Source: Candidatus Pelearchaeum maunauluense
GTDB lineage: Archaea; Thermoproteota; Nitrososphaeria_A; Caldarchaeales; Caldarchaeaceae
Assembly (NCBI GenBank): GCA_030059675.1
Contig: JANVYQ010000003.1
Coordinates: 96,001-160,000, forward strand
Length of the DNA: 64,000 nucleotides
Direction of reading: 5' to 3'
Shown: piece by piece, positions 28,526 through 38,228 of the stretch
How the letters are laid out: each line of letters begins with the position of its first letter
Position numbering within the stretch: the first letter of the stretch is position 1
Position numbers and translations under genes: made by a program
Notes under the pieces: generated by a model
Told to the model about the DNA's origin: nothing
What the model saw: the letters and a program-made list of their open reading frames with translations, nothing else
The model's database searches: none

Positions 28526-29896
28526 ATGATGATAAGCGGCGAAGATGTGGAGCGTATATGCGGGATAGAAGCATACGCAACCAAGGCAGAGGGAATAGGT
28601 GGGGTATTGAAACATAAGCCTGAAGACTTCGTGGTGTGGGAGCATTTGGTTAATGGGCTTGATGCGCGGGAAGAATTTGAAAAACCAGCACCTAGGCCCA
28701 TCACATCACCTTACGCGCTCTATGCTGCTAGAAAGAAGAACCTAGAAACCCTCGCAGCCATAAAACTACTAGCAGAGCATCTAGACGTGAAAATATCCCA
28801 CATAGGTGCATGCGGTATCAAGGATAGGCGCTCCATATCCTACATGTTCCTCTCGGCACCCACGCGTAAGGTTGTGCAGAGCATAGATGTATGTTTTGGC
28901 GAGAAAGAGTTTGAGGTAAAGCTAGTCAGAGGCGTGGCAAGGCCGTTAAGCTCCAGATGGCTGGTGGCAAACTCCTTTGATATAGTAATATCACATACAA
29001 GCATGAGGGATGACGCTCTCATGGAAGCCTTCTCGCGCATTCTCAGCGAGCTTGGCGGGGCTTTTCCCAACTTCTTCGGCCACCAACGCTTCGGGATAAC
29101 CAGGCCAATCACACACCTAGTAGGAAAAGCAATACTCCACGGGGATTATGAGCTTGCCGTGAGGACGCTTCTCTTCCTCTCAACCCGGATAGAAATGGGC
29201 TATAACAGGGAGAGAAGAGTAGCCGCATACCAGAAATGGGGAAGAGGCGAGATAGCGGAATTCTTCAAACCCAACCTAAGGTATGAGTACATAGTTGCGC
29301 GGCACCTAGACCTGCACGGCGGAGATTATCTGGGTGCTCTCAGGAGACTTCCGCTAAGGCTGAAGAAACTCTTCATACACGCTTACGCATCCTACATATT
29401 CAACAAAGCTCTATCAAGAATGCTTAAGGAGGGCGTAATGCTCAACGAGCCTGAGGCCGGCGATATCGTGGGGAGGCTAGACCGTAACGGGCTCCTGGCT
29501 GGCAGGGTCTTCCAAGTGCATGCTGGAAACCTGGCAGCGTGTAGGAGGTACGCTTCTAAAGGCGAGCTTGGGGTCTTCTTACCAGTCGTGGGTTATAGGA
29601 CTATTATTCCACGGAGCGGGAAGGGCGAGATTGTACGGGAGGTGCTGGAGGAAGAGGGTCTGGAGCTGAGCTTATTCGCGTGCCCTTCCATGCCAGAGGC
29701 GCGCACGCCAGGGGAGTATAGAACGCCGCTAACACACTTCACTGGCATGGAATACCAGCCAACAGGCTATGGTGTTAGGGTTAGATTCACACTCCCACGC
29801 GGAAGTTATGCGACGATGCTACTTCGGGAATTCATGAAGCCAGATTCGGCGCTGGCGTATAGTGGAAGAGTTAAGAGCAAGAGCATAGGGGTATAG
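28526..29896 (+). CDS. truD: tRNA pseudouridine(13) synthase
   Basis: PEDFVV.E, GIKDRRS, NFFGHQRFG, F.LPRGSYAT.LLRE. Confidence 0.92.
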   Translation: MMISGEDVERICGIEAYATKAEGIGGVLKHKPEDFVVWEHLVNGLDAREEFEKPAPRPITSPYALYAARKKNLETLAAIKLLAEHLDVKISHIGACGIKDRRSISYMFLSAPTRKVVQSIDVCFGEKEFEVKLVRGVARPLSSRWLVANSFDIVISHTSMRDDALMEAFSRILSELGGAFPNFFGHQRFGITRPITHLVGKAILHGDYELAVRTLLFLSTRIEMGYNRERRVAAYQKWGRGEIAEFFKPNLRYEYIVARHLDLHGGDYLGALRRLPLRLKKLFIHAYASYIFNKALSRMLKEGVMLNEPEAGDIVGRLDRNGLLAGRVFQVHAGNLAACRRYASKGELGVFLPVVGYRTIIPRSGKGEIVREVLEEEGLELSLFACPSMPEARTPGEYRTPLTHFTGMEYQPTGYGVRVRFTLPRGSYATMLLREFMKPDSALAYSGRVKSKSIGV

Positions 29897-29902
29897 CGGA
29901 AA

Positions 29903-30613
29903 ATGTATGTACAGGAGAGGCCAGGCTCACCCGCGACCTATGTCATAATAGCTGCCAACGTAATAATATGGCTCATCACAGCTCTCATAACAGCATCAGC
30001 GGGGAGAATGTACCTATGGATACTGTATAACTTCGGCGCAGTCCCCATATTGATAGTTAATGGAATAAACCTACACTCCCTAATCACTCATATGTTTCTC
30101 CACGACACCTCCAGCATCTGGCACATATTCCTCAACATGTACATGCTTTTTCTGTTTGGGCGTGATGTGGAGCAGACTTTGGGGACTTTCCGTTTCCTCT
30201 TGGTGTATTTTCTAAGCGGCTTGGGAGGCTCGTTCCTCCACATCTTCTACTTCACCTCCTTCTTCCCCACACCATCTACGACGGAGGAGCTGGTTAGATG
30301 TTTCCAGCTATCGCAGCCGCCTTGTGTCCCGTCTATAGGGGCTTCTGGAGCCATCTTTGGCCTAATGGCAACCTACGCGGTGCTCTACCCCTTCAGACGA
30401 CTCTTCCTGCTATGGGGCTTCTTCCTACCTATAGCGGCTCCAGCGATAGCTGTAATACTCGTCTTGGCGCTTATACAGACGCTCTTCATGCTGGCGACGC
30501 CTTTCAGCTCAATAGCCTACACAGCCCACGTGGGAGGCTTCATAACAGGGCTGGCGCTGGCGCTCCTCTTCAGGGCTACACACCTACGGCGGAGAATATA
30601 CTGGGAATGGTAG
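29903..30613 (+). CDS. Rhomboid family intramembrane serine protease
   Basis: MFLH, HIFLNM, GASGAIFG, AH.GG. Confidence 0.92.
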   Translation: MYVQERPGSPATYVIIAANVIIWLITALITASAGRMYLWILYNFGAVPILIVNGINLHSLITHMFLHDTSSIWHIFLNMYMLFLFGRDVEQTLGTFRFLLVYFLSGLGGSFLHIFYFTSFFPTPSTTEELVRCFQLSQPPCVPSIGASGAIFGLMATYAVLYPFRRLFLLWGFFLPIAAPAIAVILVLALIQTLFMLATPFSSIAYTAHVGGFITGLALALLFRATHLRRRIYWEW

Positions 30614-30779
30614 TCCAAAAATAGATTAAAATAGCCTGCATTACTTCAGTGAGCAGGCTCCAAAACCCAGTAGAGAGTGGATAACCATGCTGTCCAGCCA
30701 TTCATGCTCATTCTACGCAGGGCATAAAAAGACAGGCATCTTCAGCCTCCACCTAACCACATCCAAAAACATAGTGGAG

Positions 30780-31346
30780 ATGGTGGAGGAGGAGCGCGTC
30801 CCAGAGGAGGATGTTAAGAAAGTCCTAAAGAAATACGGGGTTGGTAGATTCTATAAACAAGAGACGAAAAACGGCATAAGCTACTTCACATACAAGTTCA
30901 AGAACTGGTCCCTCATAAGGTACTTGGTTAATTGGGGTAGGATGTCGTCGCTCTTCCCAGTACATCTAACAACCGCGTGCTGTAGCGTTGAGTTTGCTGC
31001 AACTCACTCGCCCCGCTACGACCCAGAGAGGTTCGGCTGGCTTCCAGCGACAGGCTCTCTGAGGCAATCAGACGTCCTAGTTGTAGAGGGCACGGTAACC
31101 TCTAAGATGGCGCAGCGCGTCAGGCTCATCTACGACCAGATGCCAGAGCCCAAGTGGGTAATGGCCATGGGAGCGTGTGCCATCTCAGGGGGGCTATATG
31201 CCAAGGATTCATACAACGTGATACAGGGGATAGATGATATAGTCCCCGTGGATGTGTATATCCCTGGATGCCCACCAAGGCCTGAGACACTCTTCCAGGG
31301 AATACTTCTCCTACGCGAGAAGATTCTCTATAGTAAGGCTATATAG
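30780..31346 (+). CDS. nuoB: Complex I subunit B
   Basis: TACCSVE, MPEPKWV.AMGACAISGG, PVDVYIPGCPPRPE; ATG at 30780 more plausible than 30687. Confidence 0.93.
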   Translation: MVEEERVPEEDVKKVLKKYGVGRFYKQETKNGISYFTYKFKNWSLIRYLVNWGRMSSLFPVHLTTACCSVEFAATHSPRYDPERFGWLPATGSLRQSDVLVVEGTVTSKMAQRVRLIYDQMPEPKWVMAMGACAISGGLYAKDSYNVIQGIDDIVPVDVYIPGCPPRPETLFQGILLLREKILYSKAI

Positions 31347-31359
31347 GAGGTGAGTTAAG

Positions 31360-31851
31360 TTGGCTGAAACCGACCAGCTTACACAAATCGTAGAGAGCGT
31401 CAAGCAGAGATTCGGCGACGCGATTAAGGAGGTTATATACGAGCCCAAGAAAGCAGTAAAGATAGTCATAGACCAGCAGACATTCCGCGATGTGGCTCTC
31501 TACCTACGGGACAATCATGGAATAGACCACGTAAAGGCAATTACAGGAGTTGACCTCATAAAGCTACCTAAGAAAGAGGAGAAGATAGAAGTTATCTACC
31601 AGCTCGGCTCGTACTCTAGAGAAGAGCTCAGGAGATATGTTTTGAATATCTCAACAAAGCTTGATAGGTCTTCTCCTGAGATGGATTCCCTATATGATGT
31701 ATGGCCTAGCTGCGAGTATCATGAGCGGGAGACCTATGAGATGCTTGGTGTGGTCTTTAGAGGTCATCCAAACTTGCAGCGTCTCCTTCTTCCAGAGTTC
31801 TGGGCTGACAAGCCTCCCCTAAGGAAGGATTATAACGTCCCAGGACGCTAA
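31360..31851 (+). CDS. nuoC: Complex I subunit C
   Basis: ITGVD, ERETYEMLG..F.GHP, PPLRKDY; GGAGGTGA SD before TTG. Confidence 0.93.
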   Translation: MAETDQLTQIVESVKQRFGDAIKEVIYEPKKAVKIVIDQQTFRDVALYLRDNHGIDHVKAITGVDLIKLPKKEEKIEVIYQLGSYSREELRRYVLNISTKLDRSSPEMDSLYDVWPSCEYHERETYEMLGVVFRGHPNLQRLLLPEFWADKPPLRKDYNVPGR

Positions 31852-32678
31852 GCTACTGCCGACGAATATAGCGGTGTTCTGGATATTATTGAGAGCGCTA
31901 CCCACTGAATCAGTAGTGTCGCTACTAGGAGAATGGTTGATAAGGTTAGGATGAAGTTGAAGAACGCTGTTCCTATCCCCAATACCACCACCGTCGGCGC
32001 TATGTATGCTAGTATCAGCCCCATGGCTGGGCTTGTAAGACAGGTCGGGCAAAGGACTGCGAGGCCAGCCAAAGGGCCTGGGAGCGCGGCTGCTATCTTC
32101 TGCTTTAATACTAGAAGAGATATGAAGGCCGCCATCAAAAACCCGCCTACGAGTGAGAGAGCCAGCGCCGCGCTAAGTATGTAAGGCCTCAGCACAACGC
32201 CAAAGAAGCACGCTGGAGACCATACCAGCACAGGCCCATATCCCACGCTACTCTCAACTATCAGAAAACGCGGCTCAAGGCCGCCACTAATATCAACCAC
32301 AATCATGCCTTGCAGGTAGCCGTATGCGGCGAAGTATAGGACGCTCAACACAATCCATAATTTCCTAAATGTCGCGTTCTGAGCCAGCGTCCTTAAGTTG
32401 CTGAAGTTTGGGGAGAAGAGTCTGGCAAATCTGCCAACATTAGTTGTGCTGTTGCTGGTTATTAGATTTCTGAGGAATACGTAGATGAATGGTATGGAGA
32501 TGTTTATCCAAACTAATGGTGCTAGCGTTGGGGGCCAGTCGTATATGAGTGAGGTTGTAAGGTCGCGCATAAGCCCCAGAAGCTCAAAATACAAGAGAAG
32601 CAGGACTATGAGGGTGATCTCTAGAGATAGTCTGCCGCTCCCAGCGCGACGCATAACCAACCCTCTATATGGCTTCAA
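31848..32678 (-). CDS. Hypothetical polytopic membrane protein with CxxC motif
   Basis: 276 aa, several TM segments, CPTC; opposite strand between nuoC and nuoD. Confidence 0.75.
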   Translation of the reverse strand: MKPYRGLVMRRAGSGRLSLEITLIVLLLLYFELLGLMRDLTTSLIYDWPPTLAPLVWINISIPFIYVFLRNLITSNSTTNVGRFARLFSPNFSNLRTLAQNATFRKLWIVLSVLYFAAYGYLQGMIVVDISGGLEPRFLIVESSVGYGPVLVWSPACFFGVVLRPYILSAALALSLVGGFLMAAFISLLVLKQKIAAALPGPLAGLAVLCPTCLTSPAMGLILAYIAPTVVVLGIGTAFFNFILTLSTILLVATLLIQWVALSIISRTPLYSSAVA

Positions 32679-32757
32679 CTATGAACGGATAGAGAAAAGC
32701 CTTACCCAATAAGTCAGTGCATGGTTTGTGTTTATTACTTGGGGATTCTAGAAAACC

Positions 32758-34020
32758 ATGGCGTATAACGCCTGGGGAGCGTGTGGCGGCTTGGTAGTCC
32801 GGAAGGAGGAAGAGGTAAAGACTGTAGAGGTTTACGACACAGGTGAGGCTCCTCTCACATTTAGCTACGGCCCACAACACCCTGGGACGGGCCACTTCAG
32901 AATGATTGTAACAGTTAGCGGTGATACCTTGATAGACGCCCAGCCAGACCCTGGGTTCGTCCACCGCGGCGAGGAAAAGATGTGCGAGTATAAGACCTGG
33001 ATTACGAACATCCCGCATATTGAGAGGCCTGTAATTCTGGACTCGGCTGGGATACAGTATCCATATGTCCTTGCTGTTGAGAAGCTGATGGGTGTTGAGC
33101 CGCCTGAGAGGGCCAAGTATCTTAGGACTATAATGGCCGAGCTTAATAGGATTGGAAGCCACCTCTACTGGTTTGCTCTGTACGGTGTCTTCCTAGGCCA
33201 CGCCACCATGTTCCTCTGGTGCTTCGGAGACAGGGAGTACCTAGTTGACCTAGTGTCGCTCATTGGGGGGCAGAGAATAACCCACGCATACTTCGTCCCA
33301 GGCGGCGTGAGGAACGACGCACCAGCCCACGTGCCCATGGGGCTTGTTAGAGAATTCAGAAGATACTACAGAATGGTTACTGGCAAAGACCTGCCAGAGA
33401 AGCAGCAATCAACGGAGTTTAAGAAATACGCCCACGCTGTCTGCGAGTTCTTCCTAGAGAGGCTTAACGACTATTGGGATATGTTCTTCAACAATGAGCT
33501 ATTCATACAGAGAACCAAGGATGTCGGGGTTCTAAGCGAGTATGATGCTATAAGGCTGGGCGTTGTTGGGACTACGCTCAGAGCATCAGGAATAAGGTCT
33601 GATACCCGTATAGATGACCCATATGACGCTTATCCCTATCTGAAGTTTGAAATCCCGACTGGGACGCGGGGAGACTGTTATGACAGGGCTATTGTCGGGT
33701 TTAGGGAGATGCAGGAGAGCGCGAAGATAATCATGCAGGCGTTGGAGCAGATGCCTGATGGGCCTGTGAAGAATAAGCAGCACCCGATAAATATCCGCGT
33801 ACCCGCTGGAGAGGCGGTAGCCCGCGCAGAAGCAGCGCGCGGCGAGATGCTCTTCTACATCAGAAGCGATGGGAGCGACAGGCCTTACAGGGTTAAGATA
33901 AGCCCACCATCATTCAGGCTCATACCAGCCATAGCCCACCTACTACGCGGAACGCAGATAGCGCATATACCACCCATATACTGGTCGCTAAACTACTGGC
34001 CCGTAGAAGCAGACAGATAA
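32758..34020 (+). CDS. nuoD: Complex I subunit D
   Basis: GPQHPG.GH.R, GFVHRG.EK, ELNRI.SHL, GGVRND, GDCYDR, EAARGE, C-terminal EADR; no NiFe CxxC. Confidence 0.93.
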   Translation: MAYNAWGACGGLVVRKEEEVKTVEVYDTGEAPLTFSYGPQHPGTGHFRMIVTVSGDTLIDAQPDPGFVHRGEEKMCEYKTWITNIPHIERPVILDSAGIQYPYVLAVEKLMGVEPPERAKYLRTIMAELNRIGSHLYWFALYGVFLGHATMFLWCFGDREYLVDLVSLIGGQRITHAYFVPGGVRNDAPAHVPMGLVREFRRYYRMVTGKDLPEKQQSTEFKKYAHAVCEFFLERLNDYWDMFFNNELFIQRTKDVGVLSEYDAIRLGVVGTTLRASGIRSDTRIDDPYDAYPYLKFEIPTGTRGDCYDRAIVGFREMQESAKIIMQALEQMPDGPVKNKQHPINIRVPAGEAVARAEAARGEMLFYIRSDGSDRPYRVKISPPSFRLIPAIAHLLRGTQIAHIPPIYWSLNYWPVEADR

Positions 34021-34022
34021 TC

Positions 34023-34711
34023 ATGAAGGTCGTCTCACTAGACTTTGGGGGCACGCTGGCCTACGAGCCTAGGGAGGAGTATCTCACCTACCACCAGCTA
34101 CTAGCCAGCATGGGGTACAGGCTGAAGCAGGAAGACGTTAGGAAAGCATATGAGAAGACAATTGCATACTTTAAGGAAGGTGGTATATTTGGAAAGCGAG
34201 TATGGGATGGGTCATTACATCTAGAGTTTATCACACTACTATGTAGAGATCTAATGATTGATAACGCTGAGGTAGCAGCGCGTAGGTTGCATGAGCTTTT
34301 CCATACGAGCTTGACGTGAGGAAGTTTGACGACGTGGATAGGACTTTGAATGCTGTGAAAGAATATGGAGCCAGGCTTATAATCATATCCAACATAGCAT
34401 CCGAGATGTGGCTGAGAATCTACCTGAACAGGCTGGGAATTGCTGGCTATTTTGATTATCTAGTTGCCTCAGGCTCGGTTGGTTTTGAAAAGCCTGACAC
34501 CAGAGTATTCAGACATGCGGCAAGCCTAGTTGGAGTAGAGCCGCAGGGCATAATGCATGTTGGAGACTCGTATGAGCATGATTACCTAGGAGCACAAGCG
34601 GCTGGCTTCTTCCCAGTTCTAGTGGATAGATATGGGAGGAATATGGATAAGAACTGTAGGAAGATAGATAAATTATACGAGCTGGTTGATTTTCTACAAG
34701 AAGCTCTCTAA
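34023..34711 (+). pseudogene. HAD-family hydrolase split by a one-base frameshift (or a sequencing indel)
   Basis: Motif I (SLDFGGTL) in ORF 34023-34319; motifs II-IV (ISN, EKPD, HVGDS..D) in ORF 34316-34711; one extra base near 34296-34302 fuses them (HELFPYELDVRKFDDV). Confidence 0.75.
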
Positions 34712-37210
34712 GCTACTCACACCTATTATGCTGTCAAACTCTATCTCCAGCGGGTCTAGTATCTGCTCAAATGTTGAGCGCATATAATCTATGTATTTAT
34801 CAACATCTATGTTCTCAAGCCTAGCGAACTGCACGGGCGCCACGCCGTCCTTGTCCTTTGTCTTCACGTAGCTAATAATGTCCCCAGCGACTACCTTGAT
34901 ATTATTCTGTTGCAGCTTCCTGGCCGCCTTGACGTGGGGTGGTGTGGTCTTCTCATAGCGTTCAGGCGTCTTTGAGAGCATGACGCGGAAAGCGAGCTGC
35001 TCTATTTCCAGCTCCCTGTTCTTAAGCTTCCTATACCATGTGGAGATAGCATTCCTGATGTTGGCCTTAACCCTCTCCAAGTCCTCTTCATTCTTAACCT
35101 TTGAGAGCTGCCGCAGAACGTCGTCAAACGCCTCCTTTATGAAGACGGGAATATTGCGCTTCTTACCTGTTAAGCCCTTAACATCTACTACGCCTTTATC
35201 GGTAACGCCTAGGTAGTTCTTCTTTCTGCGGCTGAAGACAACATAGACGTATGTCTTGTCAAACTCTAGGTCTAGGTTGAATTTGCTCTTAGCCCATCTT
35301 ACTACTTCTTCTATAAGCTCTGGCCTGTCCGTCTTTAGGAATATTGAGTCCGTGTCACCATATATGACTTGTATTCCCAGAGCTTTTGCTTTCTCTATGG
35401 CTTGCTTGAAGACGTATCGCCCAACAGCTGCTACGCCCTCCGCTACTGGCGGACAGTATAGTGGGAACTCCTCAAAGCCGAAGACACCATAGCTGGCGTT
35501 GAGAAAGACTTTGAGAGCACGCTGGACTACGCCATACCAGCTACGCTGCTCAGAGTCAAGACTCTTATCGCCAGCTTTCACCTTATACCAGCCAACCCTA
35601 ATATCCCTGAGAGAGCCTATGATGAGACTCTGAATACCGCGCTTCTTCTTGCATACCCAGTGGTCTGTCTCAGGGATTAGGTTATCCTTACACTCCTCAT
35701 GGGGGCAGCGTACAGTCTCGTAGCTTAGGTTGGCCTCCTTTAGTACTGATGGGTAGAGGGAGGCGAAGTCAAGCACTATGACTCCAAAATGGATTCCAGG
35801 TATGGGGTCAACTACTATGGCGCCACGGTATTTCTTCCCGTCAATAACAGCTTTTGTTGATACCTGTCCCTTGACTTGTAGGAGGTCTTCCTTGCGTGGT
35901 ATTATCCAATTCATGCGGCGGTGCTCCCAATATAGTAGGTTCTTTATCCAGCCCGATACCCCATGCCTGCACACGTCCTCCATCGGTGTTCTTCCTATAC
36001 GCGCTATAACCGCAATCAGTCTGAGAACAAGCCTATCATTCATAGTAATCAAGTCGTGCAGAAGCTTGGCGTCTCGGTAGCTGTATTCTGCAAGCTCAAG
36101 AGGCGTGAGCTCGGCTAGGGTTTTAGTCAGTGGAACCTTCCCCACCCCTAGGAGAGCTGTCGCCACACCCTCAAGCGTATGCTCCCTATACCTATTATCA
36201 AACGCGTAAATCTGAATTGACTTATTCATGAAGAAGCGGTATAGGTCTAGGTGTATCCCAGCCCTGAGCGTGGCGCCCTCGCGACCCAATATTATTGGTA
36301 TCTTCTCCCTCTCGATACCCAGCTTCTCGCCCCGGTTCTTGAGATAAGGCAGGTCAAAGTCATCGCCATTAAACGTAACTATTATGGGGTACTTCTCGAT
36401 TATCTCAAAGCAACGCCTAAGCATAGCCTGCTCATTATCAAAATACTCTATCCTGAACTCTGTTGGGCTTTTCTCATTTTGCTGAGCCTTACCCAATAAG
36501 AGGACTAGGTTAAGGCCGTCTGAGCTTGCCAGAGATATTGCCGCTACCCTATCCTCTGGATGGCTTGGAGACGGGACGCGCGTCGCTGATTCCCCTGTAA
36601 TCTCGATGTCGAGAGCTATGAATTCTATCTTGGGTTGCTCAGCCTCAAGTATCTTTAACCACTTACGCAGCTCTTCCGCCTCTTGCTCACCAACCGACCT
36701 GAAGAAACGCTTTAGAATCTCATCAACTATGTTATCATCTGCTAACTCTGGAGTTAATGTGCCGTCATCGTCTGCCGCGTATATGAGGGAGGGTATGAGC
36801 TGGTTATCGAAGAGGTAGTTTAGGTGGTATGGTATGTCAGCTTCCCAGCAGTCTATCTGCTCTCGTATGGATTTCTTCGAGCCGCCAACGGCAAGAGGGT
36901 CGCTGGCAATTATCTTTGTCATGGTTATCTTTTCATCGCTTATAGCGTCATATTTCTCAACAGTCTCGAAAGCCACAGCCCCAGCTTGCTTTAGCGCCTC
37001 GTTATTCTCAAGCCTCTCCAACGGTATGTTGGTGAAGCAGTACGGCTTATGATCGGTGTTGTCATACCATAGTATAACCTCACCAGCCTTGGTGTCGAGT
37101 AGCTTAAGGTATGCTTTCCCCTTTTGGCCATCGTAGGCGCAACCAAGTAGGAAGAGCCGTTTCTTGGGCTTCGGCCTCTCTACAGCTTCAAACAAGGAGA
37201 GCTGTGGCAT
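34694..37210 (-). CDS. polB1: Family B DNA polymerase (crenarchaeal PolB1 type)
   Basis: ALDIE and FNGDDFD exonuclease motifs, DFASLYPS, K...NASYG.FG, YGDTDS, KKNY. Confidence 0.93.
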   Translation of the reverse strand: MPQLSLFEAVERPKPKKRLFLLGCAYDGQKGKAYLKLLDTKAGEVILWYDNTDHKPYCFTNIPLERLENNEALKQAGAVAFETVEKYDAISDEKITMTKIIASDPLAVGGSKKSIREQIDCWEADIPYHLNYLFDNQLIPSLIYAADDDGTLTPELADDNIVDEILKRFFRSVGEQEAEELRKWLKILEAEQPKIEFIALDIEITGESATRVPSPSHPEDRVAAISLASSDGLNLVLLLGKAQQNEKSPTEFRIEYFDNEQAMLRRCFEIIEKYPIIVTFNGDDFDLPYLKNRGEKLGIEREKIPIILGREGATLRAGIHLDLYRFFMNKSIQIYAFDNRYREHTLEGVATALLGVGKVPLTKTLAELTPLELAEYSYRDAKLLHDLITMNDRLVLRLIAVIARIGRTPMEDVCRHGVSGWIKNLLYWEHRRMNWIIPRKEDLLQVKGQVSTKAVIDGKKYRGAIVVDPIPGIHFGVIVLDFASLYPSVLKEANLSYETVRCPHEECKDNLIPETDHWVCKKKRGIQSLIIGSLRDIRVGWYKVKAGDKSLDSEQRSWYGVVQRALKVFLNASYGVFGFEEFPLYCPPVAEGVAAVGRYVFKQAIEKAKALGIQVIYGDTDSIFLKTDRPELIEEVVRWAKSKFNLDLEFDKTYVYVVFSRRKKNYLGVTDKGVVDVKGLTGKKRNIPVFIKEAFDDVLRQLSKVKNEEDLERVKANIRNAISTWYRKLKNRELEIEQLAFRVMLSKTPERYEKTTPPHVKAARKLQQNNIKVVAGDIISYVKTKDKDGVAPVQFARLENIDVDKYIDYMRSTFEQILDPLEIEFDSIIGVSSLESFL

Positions 37211-37261
37211 AGCTTAGGGACGCCCCTACTAGCTTTCTATTAGGCATCGGATAAATAAGTC

Positions 37262-38149
37262 TTAACGCTTAGACTCTATAGCAGTTATACACTCCACTAG
37301 TACTCGTGTAGCCTGGGCCGCGGTTAGGCCGTTATCGTAGATTGAGCACACCTCCATTATGTCTAAGCCGACAATCGTGGGGGAGCATACCGCGTGGAGA
37401 AGCTCTACCAAATCGTAAGGGGTTATCCCATTTGGCTCAGGATTTCCGACGCTTGGAGCGTATGCGGGGTCTAAAACATCAATATCCACAGACACATACG
37501 CGGGTCTGCCACCAGCAAATACCCTTATTCTACTTAACACCTGGTCTAGATTGTCGTGAATCTGCTTGGAGGTATAGTATGTTATTCCAAGCTCTCTAGC
37601 GGTTTTTAGCTCGTCGTAATCATATCCCCTCACACCAACTACAGCAACCTTAAGCTTTCGCTTCTCCAATAAACGCCTCAGATAGGTTGCATGATTCATT
37701 CTAGTTCCCAAATAATTATCGCGTAGGTCGAAATGAGCGTCGAAAACTATTAACACGCCCTCAACATCTCTAAAGCACGCCATAACCGCTGGCATCGTGA
37801 AAGTATGCTCGCCACCAACCATTAGTGGTGTCTTGCCTAGTCGTCGTATGTCTTTCACAACTCTAAAAACGCGCTTTAGCATAGCAGCTAGACTATAGGT
37901 AAATCTCACATCCCCAGCGTCGTGTAGCCTCACACTCCTAGCATCAAACTCCAGATTAACACTGTTGGACTCTAAATTGGAGCTGAATTTACGAAGCATC
38001 TCAGGCCCATAACGCGAGCATGCTCTGAAACTTGATGTTAGGTCATACGGGACGCCGAAGGCCACGTATTTGGCCTCGTCAAGACTATACTCCAAACCTA
38101 GAAAAGTCTCTGAGCGTCTCAGATACTGTTTTAGGGCATCTCCATGCAT
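37262..38149 (-). CDS. speB: Agmatinase (ureohydrolase family)
   Basis: GVPYD.TSSFR, GGEHT, DAHFD, DIDVLDP..AP.VG.PEP.G. Confidence 0.85.
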   Translation of the reverse strand: MHGDALKQYLRRSETFLGLEYSLDEAKYVAFGVPYDLTSSFRACSRYGPEMLRKFSSNLESNSVNLEFDARSVRLHDAGDVRFTYSLAAMLKRVFRVVKDIRRLGKTPLMVGGEHTFTMPAVMACFRDVEGVLIVFDAHFDLRDNYLGTRMNHATYLRRLLEKRKLKVAVVGVRGYDYDELKTARELGITYYTSKQIHDNLDQVLSRIRVFAGGRPAYVSVDIDVLDPAYAPSVGNPEPNGITPYDLVELLHAVCSPTIVGLDIMEVCSIYDNGLTAAQATRVLVECITAIESKR

Positions 38150-38228
38150 TTGTCGCGTGATGTTTCCAAATATTCTTTAAATACATTTTCCGCCGTTATG
38201 TTTAACGCATTTTGAAGAAGAGGGGCGT

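Noticed and set aside
30780-34020. nuoB/C/D as a group 4 NiFe hydrogenase
   Set aside because: The large subunit lacks both CxxC nickel-binding motifs, and NuoB has the tandem CC of complex I.
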